Both the position numbers and the translations under genes were made by a program. DNA of 64,000 nucleotides from Cenococcum geophilum (taxonomy: Eukaryota). Below are positions 11,865-23,100 of this stretch, in pieces. Within the stretch, counting starts at the first letter, position 1. Every line of letters starts with the position of its first letter. Location: positions 5,332,001 through 5,396,000 of the forward strand of contig CP158635.1 in assembly GCA_050273025.1 (NCBI GenBank), given 5' to 3'. The notes below the pieces were generated by a model. It ran no database searches. It was not told the origin of the DNA and was given only the letters and a program-made list of their open reading frames with translations.

Positions 11865-14800
11865 GCTTGAGGAATCAGGCTAGACGGAGATTCTTCGAAT
11901 TCCACGAACTCTACGACGTTCTTGAAGTTATGACTGCACACTAGATGGTGAAAATTTATGGTATTTGTATGGGGCAGATTTCCATCGCCGCCTAGGGTAA
12001 CCAAAGCAGTTTTGCGCCGCGCATCTTGCTGCGGGTCAGCGGAATCGCCAGAGTTGTATCATGCTGCCCTGACGATTAAAGAAGAGCATAAATCGTTCTC
12101 GTGAGCACAGGTGCGACGTGGTGGGTTCTTTGCCTTCGAATTGTTGAGTAAGAAGGAATCTTATGCAAAAGCTGAATGACAAGACCACTTCAAGGTTTTC
12201 CCTCTATCATGCTCTAGATGAGGGGGCTTCCGCTCATTTAACTACTGTGGTATCAGGAAAGTCACAAGTTTTATCCCGGGTTGTTGGTTTTGTACTTTGC
12301 CCTGTTCATTGTACGGCATCGTTATGCTCACCTTCAAAATAGGACCGGTCTGCCAGGAGCAATATTTACCACTTTCACATCACTACTTCTAGCCCTAGTG
12401 ATATGTCATTTCCATTTTCCCGACCCCTTGAAGTTGGATTCAAGTATTCTTTTAACGGTTTTAGAGACCTTTGGGTTAAAATGACAAGTTGCTATGCGCA
12501 ATTGATGCTTCAATTCTGAACGCTTCGAAACGCAATGATCGTCTGTCATCGATTGCGGATTTAGGATAGCAAAGATGGGAATGCAGTCACACCCATACAC
12601 CCACACCTCGTACTTTCCAAACCATGGCTGGTCAGAAATTTTGTCTCTTTCCAACGTGTTCTCTTTTTTCCCTAGCCTTCACGATCTCTAGCAGACAACA
12701 GTGTCAATTTGTATCGCCTTTCAAAGCACTTTATCCGCAGATTCGTTCTTGGAAAATTCTTGACCATGTCTTCATACGGGTGGCCATGCATTCATGCGAT
12801 TATTTCCAGCCGGCCTAGACTGGCTTGTAAAACTTACGTTTCTCAAAAATTCGATGCATGCGACAATTGCTTGGTAATCGCTTTCTCAACTTTCTAAATT
12901 TGTCATATACGCCTCCGATATTCCAATATGTGGTAGTAGTGATCAAATCAAATTCAAATCCAAACGGGACTGTTCTTTACGATCATATCTTCATCGCCAA
13001 TACTCCTGAGCAGGAAGTACCAATCACGCTGCTCTATAATCACTATGAGTCACTCATAAATGCTGCTGTTCTGATTGAGAAGATACACAAAGTGCGCGAA
13101 AATAAGTGGACATGGCTGGTTCGGACGTTGGAGATCCAGGTGTCATGGGCCATGCGGCAAGGCTTGTGCAGGCCATCGACAGGCAACAAAGCATGGAATC
13201 CGAAATGCTCCGAGAAATTCATTCTGTTTCCGGGGCTAAGATTCAGATGCAAATTCACCGGCTGCTTCCAATGCTACATCGGATTCGGCCCAGCAATCTC
13301 AGCAATCTCGGCAACCAAATTCTTATGACCAGGGACCCGCCCTAGACGAAGCCGTTTACCAAAGCATCGAACGGGACCACCCGACAAACTATGGCCCGCC
13401 GACCGATCCAGCGCTTCAGCGCACATCAACGCGCCCGTTTATCCAGACCCGCAAGCCCCATGCACTCCCGCAAACCCATACTACCAGCCAAACACACGGT
13501 CTAGTCAACCCCAACCCCCTCCCAGCTCACAAGACAGCCCAACCTACTTCCAACAACGCCCCCTAGCCCACAAGCCAGCTTGGTCTTCTTCCCACAAGGC
13601 GGCTCGGCCTTCTTCCCGCAACACAACCCCCCCCGGGGATCCGAGGCTACTAGGCCTTGCACTGGCCCATCCTAGACCCGAACGACGGTCCGGCGTCAAA
13701 CCTGCTTCTTTGCTAGCCTCTTGCACAGCTACCCATAGCTGGCATTACGCTGCGGCCTGGGGCTTTTGGCGCGCCGAAAAATCTGTAGCTGATGCGGCCG
13801 CGGCCGCGGCCGCGCCCTTCTGCTCCTCGGCCGGACGATCAGGAATATGGTATACTGGATCCGGACTCGTTTGCGCGGAGGTATCATTAGAGGATTGTAC
13901 GGGTGGAGGTGTTGGAGCTGGAGAGGGAGAGGGAGGGGCTGGGTAGAGAGATTTTTAAGTAGGGTTCTATTCGTCACGTTGTCTATTCTCCAAATGGACT
14001 GTGCTGTTTGCGTGATAACCCTTCGACTAGCTGATGTGTGAGAGTGCTGACTAAACCAGGTAGAGTGCGTTGCTGTTTTATTTGGGTGCTGGTTCAGGTC
14101 TGAAATCCCTGAATCAGCTGAGGAATGGGCTGGGTGAGCAAGTCGCCATTGATCATGAGTGTAAGGCCCATGACGATTGACGGCTTCTGGAGGAGCTTAG
14201 CTGGGAGAGTTGATTTTGTATGGGACTTGAGTGAATCCCTTAGTGTGCTCTGGCAGGCGCTTTCCAACGGACGTGGAATTTGTGTGGCAGTCTATATCTA
14301 GGGTAGGTTCATGCAAACCATTCTTGAGTGGGGCTCTCCAGCAAACGCGTAAGGAGAAGCATAAACCGTGTATCTGGTTGAGGTATGGCCATGGCCCAGC
14401 AGCGTAAAACAACGTAGGATGGATCCGATGAAAAATTGAAAAACCCCCGCCAAGACAAAAATGGGGAGAGGGATGGAACGCGTAACGATGGTGTGAAAGA
14501 GCCCTAAAGCCATCCAGCCATGCTGGAAAGGAGAAAGTAAAAAGGAGTATTATCTAATGGACAACCAGGGAAATTAAAATTCTCAGGAGCTCCTATGAAG
14601 ATATTTGCGCACCTTACTCATCCATACACGCGATGAGTCTTCTTTTGTTAAACTTCACTCAGACTTCATCACATTTTCCGATCTTAGCAACTACACAGGC
14701 GTCTCTCTAAATGGCCGTCATTTGGTGATGGCAAACCATTACGATTTATCTTAAAAAAAGTTTGATTTGGGTTGGTGGGAAGGGACTCGGATTTTCCGAA

Positions 14801-15291
14801 AACTTCCCGCCGCACAGTTCAGATCGTTGGAGCTATTTGCCATCACAACCTTCAATTCTTCTCTTCCAGGAACTTTATTCTAAAGTATTTCCTAATACCG
14901 CCTTTGCGTAGGCCCTGGGAGTCCCAAAACGCGTTGTGGTCTTATGAGGTTGACTCCGAACCGTGATCTGAGGTGGTCGGATTGGGGATGAATCTAAGCA
15001 TGAAATCACCCGATCACTTGGAGCCTGGAGGCTTTCGGGGTTTGACAGTAGTCCAGGACCTGGGGCTAATTGTCTTCATATCCTTGCAGGGGTTCGGAAG
15101 CCTTTGTAAGCTACACAACCAGTCCTTTGTAGCTTGGTTGTATGTCCTCCGGCGCTTGCTAAGATCACGAGTGGTATTGTATTAGGAAACAACTTCTAAA
15201 AGCATTTTTTCATCTCCCTATGAGGGGGATACTCATATTCATCTTACTCTACAGATATTGATTCGACTTATTCTAATAACGCATACCATTG

Positions 15292-16019
15292 TTAAAAAAC
15301 ATCTCTCGGTCTTGCTTTGGCTGTTCTGTTATTCCAATATCTGCTCAACCTTTCTTGCCGAGTGAAAATCCCTCTGGACCGCTGTACAAAGTCACCTGGG
15401 TGCAGTACCGCTGCGTAATGGGTGGGCTGGGCAAATACAACTAACGCATTCTTATCCGGCCGAAACCATGTGTCCCAATTCCTGAGATCGCGTTGTGGTC
15501 TACCCAAGAACTGCTCCATTGGCTATAGTACCTGGCAGGGTGAGAAGATGCGGGCACCAACATACGACAACATCAACAACGGGGTCATTATAGCTGCGGG
15601 AGACGGTTCTCCAACAAAACTCGGTCCCGAGACGGATTGGAATGATCGGCACTGGTACCTTTATCCGGTGACCAATCATCTCAATCCGAGGAAACGCTTG
15701 AAAATTCCCCAAATCCTGAAGAAATACGTAATCCCCTCTTATAAGTCCGAGCTCTTCATAAGTATAGTCGAAGGGCGCTTGTAATGAAATGCTATATCAA
15801 GACTTGACTTGAAGTTACTTATAATTTTATGCTAACATCACCAAACGTTCCAGCCATGTAGGCAGCATAGCGGAGATGACACAGCCCAAACCTGGAGATG
15901 TGGGCCTTGAGAGTGAACTGGAGGCAACAGCTAAGGATTCCGATTGTCAATCTGAGATCAAATCGGATGATTCCAATCCACTCTAGTCCACAAATAGTGA
16001 TTCGGAGATGCCCCACCAA
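15292..16019 (-). pseudogene. Frameshifted coding relic of unknown family
   Basis: Consecutive protein-like minus-strand frames (LQAPFDYTYEELGLIRGDYVFLQDLGNFQ...LPGTIA then MEQFLGRPQRDLRNWDTWF...) offset by a frameshift near 15520. Confidence 0.3.
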
Positions 16020-16345
16020 CTCTCATCCTCATGTAGTGGAACAGAGCCAGAGTCGCCCGATCAGGTTGCCTTGCATCGACCATTTCATTCTGTGTTAAAG
16101 GTGCTAATGCTTCGACTCAATAGAGTTCCAGATAGCAATCTAAAGACGTCCCTTCCGGTTTGCAGATCGGAGGGAACTCCATAGAGTACTTCTAGATGTC
16201 ACATATAGTTCAATTGACTTATTTTTAGTCTTCAAGCTTTTCTGTGCTGCCTATGATATGCCCTTGAAAATGCTGCAATGTGGTATATAACGCCTTCCCA
16301 TGCAAAACCCTTTAAAGATGCTGCTCAACTATAAGGCCCCATTAA

Positions 16346-17428
16346 TTAATCGGAGTCGTACTCGACCAACGGCAGAGGTGGTTTCACTGAAGGAGGAGGA
16401 GGAGGCTTATCTTCAAGGCCCGTAGCCTTAACAGTACCTCCCTCCTCCGCCTTCGTCTCATCTGTACGCTTCCTTTTCAGACCAGCAATGACTCTCCTGA
16501 CTGTCCCCTTTGAACCATCACGCGTGGCTTCTGTTAAAAATGGATCCATCGCGGCGCGCGTATTCCCCCTAATCTCCTGCTGCAGTGCCTCCTTTCTCCT
16601 CTCCGCTTCTCTCTGGGCTCTCGTCTTCTTCTCCCCATTATTCCCACTCTTTCCTTCTGTCTTGCCCACCTCGGACTCAAGCGCAAACAGCGGCTTCCGA
16701 GCCGCTCTCTCGACCTCCTGGTCCCCAATCCCCACACTCCCAAACTCGACCAAGCCAGCGCGGACGCGGTCCCCCTCAACCTCATCCACAATATCAAATC
16801 CCAACCCGAACCGCTCCTTCATCCCCTCTTTGTGCACCTCCTCCTTCTCCAACACCTTCCGCCGGACCCGAAACCCCTGTCTCAACCGCCTATTAACCGC
16901 ATACGGATCCGCCCACGCGCGCTCCCGCTCCTCCAACAGCTCCTCCACCCTCTCCCTATTCCTTTTCTCCTCCCCCTTCTCCGCGACCTTCCCCTCCAAC
17001 GCGGCAAACGCGTCCCGCCTCCTCCTCTCCCTCTCCTCCGGCCCCAACACCGCCGCCTCGCCCTCTCCCCGCTCCTCGACCCCGTAATCCCGCCGCCGCC
17101 CCCCGCTCTCGACCACGTACTCCGCCTTCCCCGGATCCGTCCGTATCTCGATCCACCCGCCGCACGCCCCGTGCTGGATGCGGAACGCCCACACCGGCGT
17201 GCTGTGGTACATCCCGACCTTCTTCTTCTCCGCATTGAACCGCACGCCCTGCCCGATCAGTGCTTCCGGGCTGCAGGCAGTGCACCAGACGGCGAAGGGC
17301 AGCTCGAAGCGCACTTTGAGGATCCCCTGCCGTAGTTTGCTGGCGCGTGCGCCGAGGGGGTGGGATTTGTTGAACGTGGGGGGGCTGTCTGAGGGAGGGT
17401 AGTAGCGGCCCATGTTGAAGCCTTGCAT
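16346..17428 (-). CDS. CWC16: CWC16/Yju2 (Saf4, CCDC130-like) splicing factor
   Basis: MQGFNMGRYYPP, VRFELPFAVWCTAC, GQGVRFNAEKKKVG, IEIRTDP, C-terminal LVEYDSD. Confidence 0.92.
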   Translation of the reverse strand: MQGFNMGRYYPPSDSPPTFNKSHPLGARASKLRQGILKVRFELPFAVWCTACSPEALIGQGVRFNAEKKKVGMYHSTPVWAFRIQHGACGGWIEIRTDPGKAEYVVESGGRRRDYGVEERGEGEAAVLGPEERERRRRDAFAALEGKVAEKGEEKRNRERVEELLEERERAWADPYAVNRRLRQGFRVRRKVLEKEEVHKEGMKERFGLGFDIVDEVEGDRVRAGLVEFGSVGIGDQEVERAARKPLFALESEVGKTEGKSGNNGEKKTRAQREAERRKEALQQEIRGNTRAAMDPFLTEATRDGSKGTVRRVIAGLKRKRTDETKAEEGGTVKATGLEDKPPPPPSVKPPLPLVEYDSD

Positions 17429-17789
17429 TTTGGGGGTTGGGGCGCTGGGGGGCGCTGGTGGTTTTGTAGGGTGGTAGTTTATAGGTGGATTGTAGGTAGG
17501 GTGTGGTGAGTGGTTTCGATGCTTGAGTGTATGTGATGTTGAAGGTGGAGGGCGAGGCGGTGGAGAGGCTTGGGTGCGGTCGGCACGTGACTGCCTATGG
17601 AAGCCTCCGGATTTGAGTGATAAGGATCGATGGAGAACTGAGATATAGTGAGTGCGATAGTGTAAAATGGTGAGGGGTTTCTCAATTCAATAGTTGATTT
17701 CGTATTGCTGAGTTTTGCTATTTTGGACTGTCTATGGCTCGTGCACGGAACCGGCCAGTGCATGCTTTTTCTCACGAAAAAAACACCAA

Positions 17790-17895
17790 AACTAAGTTCA
17801 TTACATTTACTGATTAGGGTTTCGTTTCGTTTCGCAAAGCTCTCGTTCGTCCTATTTCGTTTAAGTTTAGCTGCTTTCTGATTGTTAAGAGCCAT
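17790..17895 (-). pseudogene. MADS/SRF-box-like fragment
   Basis: RNRTNESFAKRNETLISKCNELS resembles the MADS core (TFxKRKxGLxKKAxELS); similarity stops abruptly afterwards. Confidence 0.45.
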
Positions 17896-18211
17896 TTTCG
17901 AGACTTCGAAACTTATGTATCTCGATGCTCGTTTGATCTAGTGGTTCCCAGTTCCGGGTACCTAAACGCCAAAGACTGCCAAGATTGCCACGGCGCATCT
18001 CCGCAAGTGGATCAGGGCAGTACTCACCACGAAAAGGTGCAGATCCATCGTCCCAGCGTGTCTTCATGGCCGAAAACACGCTGCCCATCGTATAGCTTCC
18101 CTCCCACACAAAATTTCTTCTGGTTATACCGATTTTGGTAGTAGGAACTTAACGATATCATTAGAAGTATAGATCGTAATACAGAGTGTATCGTTGTAAT
18201 TAAATATCGTA

Positions 18212-19794
18212 CTAAAGAGTTTTTACTGTATATCTTCCGAGCACTTCCACCACCTCGACGAAGAAAGCCTTCAAGATTAGATAATCACGAGCCTCTAAGT
18301 CCCCTCTTAAACACTTTAGCGTCGCTTCGCGTACTCGACGCCCATAAAATGAGGCAGCTTCCCTGATGCCGTGGCTATGAGTTCGTTCTTGAAAGCATCA
18401 GCAGATACTCCTTCTCTCCAGAACTTCCAAACCGACCTCCACATTCCTATCTCGAGCAACATTACGCCAAAACTGTAGTAATCGAATAGCTTCCTGTATG
18501 TCTCGTTCGGACTTCCTTGGCTTAGCGGATGGCGGTAGAGATTGAACCGCGCACTTTGCTCTAGCTTCTCTGAGGACTCATCTGGTTTGTCCGGCCTGGA
18601 ATACTCAAAGCCAACAAGATATGGACGTGACCACACGATGCGCTGGTTCTGCGACATGAAAAGCACGTTGTGGCTCCGAATGCTCTTGTGCAGCCACTCG
18701 GCAGTATGCAATATCGCAATGGAGAGGCTGAGGGAGTAAGCCAATTGATATCGATCTTCGAGCGTCGGCAATCTCCCTAAGGCTGGTTCGTCAATCATGG
18801 ATCTCAATGAGTATGGATTCCCATCTGAAGGCTGTGGAAGCAGGAACACGAATCCATATCGACTTTCGCCAGGACTGTCGAAGTACCCTTCACAGTGAAG
18901 TATCAACAATTCCTGTGGCTTCTTGTCCGTATTCAATAGCCGAGCTAGATTGTCTACGCGGCCTCTGAGTTCGATACCCTTTCGGCCCTGCCAGCTTGGA
19001 TCGTACTTCTTCCATTCGAATACCGCGGGTTTGCCGTCCAGGGTACCAAAGCTGCGGAACCCTGCGGAGATGGAGTCGGGCTGCAGGACTTTATACCGAG
19101 CGGTTGCTACCAGCACATTGGGAGTTGGCGGTTGATTCTTCATTCTATCGACTCGGCTTTGCAGGTCCTCTTGTAAAGACTTTTCTGCTCTCCGCAGGCT
19201 CAATGTTCCAGAAACGACTGCGGACGTGGATTCGGCCTGGAGAAGAGCCTCGACAGCGTCGGACGACTCTTGCTGAGAGCTCATTGAGATGATTATCTGT
19301 GCAGCTTCGATGTTCGGGCTTCTTGGTGGCAGAAGTCTGTACAGGCCTGCAAGGAGCGACTCAATTTCGTTCAATGTCTTCTTGCTTGACTCTATCTCAT
19401 TTGCAACCCACTTTAGTCTGTCGACACCCGTTGGCGTCTGACCTGTGGCTGCATAGTCTCGGAGAGCCTTCATCCCGTCGATGAGGTTGCGTACTGAATC
19501 TAACGCGGGCTCTACCGTCCGACTGTGCTCTTTTAACAGCCGTAGCTTTTCGACAGAGACTTTGTTCGTCACTGCAAAATTGTACCAGTCCCGTTGCCAT
19601 TGCTCGAAAAGACCTTGCTGGAGGACCAGCTTCGCTCTCAGCACGGCGAGGTCTTGGTCGAGTCCGCTCAAGCCTCCCCAAGCTTCATATCCTCGTCTGC
19701 ATGCGTGTAACAAGTCGACCGTTCCACCGAAAGCTCCTAGGCCAAGGCTAACAGCGCCCATTTCGAAGCCGACGTTTACAAGTTTGTCGTTCAT
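18212..19794 (-). CDS. HeLo-domain + pseudokinase protein (MLKL-like architecture); 1-nt frameshift near 18327 truncates the ORF at 18316
   Basis: HeLo N-terminus (GAVSLGLGAFG..LLHACRRGY..DLAVLRAKLVLQQGLFEQWQRDW; DRLKW); kinase fold with VFEWK, WLHKSIRSHNVLF, YLVGFEYSRP, LYRHP, DYYSFGVMLLEIG; shifted frame continues ATLKCLRG..FFVEVVEVL to TAG at 18212. Confidence 0.88.
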
Positions 19795-20135
19795 GGCTAA
19801 CTACAACCTGCTGGAGGATCGGAGGATATCAACATTAGATATGTGATACTCTGGGAGCAATATCTCTTCGTGTAAAGACCATTGAACGAATCGGCGAGAG
19901 TTGTCGCTGATTTGCTTGATGGCGGGCTGAAAAGCAACCAGCGGTGTGGCGCGAAGAGCATCCCTGGGCTTCTCACGGGACCTGCAGGTAACCGGATAAC
20001 GTGTTCAGGTTCCTATTCATTGCCTTTTATCGGCAGACACGAATGCCCCCTCCTCTATAGTCACCAATCTCGAAATCTCGTACATGCTCCGGCGGTTGAA
20101 CAATTGTCTAGGTTCACCGGTTAATTTATCCTACG
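19795..20135. promoter_or_regulatory. Putative bidirectional promoter
   Basis: 341-bp spacer between two divergent ATGs; no specific motif identified. Confidence 0.5.
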
Positions 20136-23100
20136 ATGTCGTCCTTCTTCGCTCGCCCTCTTACAATAAACGAGCCTGTGGTGCCAGAAATCCAGAGCCA
20201 AGTGAAGTCACGGTGTCCAGACTTCCTTGCGTTCCTGGCTATCTATTTCGAGGATGAGACCAGCAATCGGATCGGATTGCACCCAGCGCTTACAAATAGC
20301 TCCCCTAAATTCGCAGATGTGAGCATGGGCGGAGCGTCTTTCGACGTCAGAAAAGTCCAGTCATCGTCATTCCCACACGGCTTAAATGATGAGCTCTTTA
20401 AAGACCGAGAATTTGTAGTAGTCAAGCACCCGAGAGTGGACTCTAATGACCTGCACGATGCGGATGTTCTTTCAGAGCTGGCTACGGAGCTGCAGATTCT
20501 CCGCCATCCACCCCTCCGCCAACATGCTAACATTATCGACTTCCTCGGAGTCATGTACCACGATGCTGGTGATGCTTTTACACCAAATGTCCTGCCTGCG
20601 CTCGTCTTGGAGTATGCGGAGCTTGGAAGCGTCAAAGACTATCAATGGAACGGATATGGCTCATCTTACGCGGACAAGCTTGACATTCTTATCGATACCG
20701 CGAAAGGCCTCGAAGCACTTCATTCTTGCGGGATCATCCACGGGGATATCAAAACATCAAATCTTTTGGTTTGCAAGCATTCTGAGCGAAAGTTCATCGT
20801 CAAGCTCATCGACTTCGGCTTCTCACTTTCCGAGAATGATGAGCGTTTTGTTGGCTTCACAAAGAAGCTAGAGGCACCAGAAGCCAGCACTGTCATTGAT
20901 CGGCGCTATCTATGTCAATTGGACATATACTCATATGGACTTCTTTTGCATACTGTGTTCAAAGATGGTGTGTCGTTCTTCGAGTCAATACCAGAAGAAG
21001 ACCGCGAGGAGAACGTCAACAAGCTGAAGAACTCGAGCATACTAGCGGCAACCACGCAGCTCAATCTTCTGCGCTATCTGCAGGACGAGAAATGCGCGGC
21101 ATTTCTCCTCTGCAAAATACTCGCATACTCACTTCAAAAGTACCCTAGCCACCGATTCAAAGACATGTCCAGAATCCTTACGCTCCTAGAGTTTGCTAAG
21201 CCGTTTGAGCTTTCCGTTCCGACCGATCGGGGGGAGCACCGCCCTCTGACTATTGATGAGCACCGCAAATTAAAAGAATTGCAATTGGAAATTCTACGCA
21301 ACCTCATCGAGTCATATTGTGCCTCATTTTCCGATGAAAAGATGCCTTTGATGCCGATACTTCGGTCGGAATACGAGCAACGAGCCCAGAGGGAGGCGGA
21401 GCTTTTCTACAAGTCGCATGGTGACTGGGATTCGATGCAGTCGTTCCTTGCAGTAACGATCGGGTTGACAAGAGATACCCTTGGACTTGTACCCGAGGTC
21501 AATACTCTGGCTGACTCCGAATCCATTCTTGCACTGGAACAGTATGTCGCCCGTTATTCAGAGATCGACTTGGTCTTATGCTAACTATTTTGGTATTTGT
21601 AGTTTGGGGACTAGATCTGCATCACATCTTTATTTCTCATCTAACGATATGTTAGACGTACGTTCAACATCTATGTTTACATGAGTGTAGCTAATTTGAG
21701 ATCGGTCAAGCTTCCTAGCGTATACGGAGTCGTCCGGAAGTCTCCGACAGGTGTACAGCAGAGGATTGCGTCCGATTTGCAGAGCATATCATCCTCAAAC
21801 ACCGATATCTCGCGTAAATCTGCAGCTATGTTAAACCTCGCGTGGGCTTACGTTGACGAAGTCGGCGTGGGATACGACATCCAAAAGGCTGGCGAGTTGG
21901 TACGCCAAAGTGCTATACTGGGGAATGCCCGTGCCCAAGAACTTCTTCTCGACGTGTTTTATACTCCACAGCAAACATCTGTGGATCCTTCTATCTGGCA
22001 AGGGTGGCTCGTTAACATAGCTGAGCAGGGGATCGCCCGACCACTGTGCGCGGTGAAGTCGGCTTCGCGAGAGAATGAATCAAATACACAGCAGATAAGG
22101 CGGAGGAAAGAAACGTTCGCCGACTTCACTTCCAGCCTCACCTATGACCAGAATACCGTTGATGGAGAGGCCTCGGATGGCTGCTATTCAAAGAATTGGC
22201 GGAAACTATTCCTCAGGTTCGCCATCATCAATGACCAGCTTGAATTAGTCCAGATGCTCTTAGATCATGAGCCGAGCATTATTGATCAGATTGTGTGCGA
22301 TCAAGAGACATCACTTCTTCTTTCCTGTCGACATGGTAACGCCCGTGTAACGAAGTGCCTACTGGAAAAGGGAGCTATGACGGATTGCGGGGTACCAAAC
22401 GGAGTCCAGCCGCTTCACTGGCTTGTCACATTCACCGAAGAGGAACAAAGAGACGTAGCCAGGATGCTGAAAATTCGAGGAGCTAATATCGATGCCTGGG
22501 CCAATGTCATCAAGGACAAGCGAGATATCCCCAGTGCTTTCTCAGACCTACCTGTTGGTGGTACTGCTTTGCATTGGTCTATCATTGCCAAAGATATCTC
22601 TGCATTGCACACTCTTATGGACCTCGGTGCAGATCCTCTATATCGGTTTGGCGAAGGCAAATCGGCTTTCGAATTCGCATGCAGTCTCCGCAACTCCGCA
22701 GCCGTGGAGTTTTTCTTGCAATATGAACGCGTAAAGCTTGCAGTACCAGTGTTCCGGCCTTTGGGAGAAGGTGTACCTGTGCTTGTCCAGCCATTGTTCT
22801 TTGTCGTTGGAAATGAGTCGCGGTGGACGCGCTTGGTACGACATGGACTGCAGTTCGAGGAAGAACAGAGAAAGGTCATTGATCTGCTTGTGACGCACGG
22901 TGCGCCAACAGATTCTGTGCTAGAAGTCCAAGACCAAAAGATGACGGCTACGTTCGCAGTAGCATGGCATGATTGCAATGCGGATGTTTTACGCTCTGGA
23001 CTCCGATACGGATTTCAGGATCACCTCGAGAACAAATGGGGATCTGCATCCTCTGGCGGCACCCCCCTATTCCTCGCCATCACTCATCGCAATCGCGAAA

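Noticed and set aside
12281..14513. Several 60-156 aa ORFs
   Set aside because: No recognisable motifs or consistent splice model; may be degraded genes but not supportable
16488..17335. Long overlapping/antisense ORFs over CWC16 (and similar ones over YRB30, SUP35, HET, BSD genes)
   Set aside because: Shadows of GC-rich codon bias; low-complexity translations
19040..19330. Amyloid (HET-s PFD / RHIM-like) signalling motif in the HeLo protein or its partner
   Set aside because: No N/G/Q-rich pseudo-repeat or G-hydrophobic-Q-hydrophobic-G motif seen in the linker or at either protein's termini
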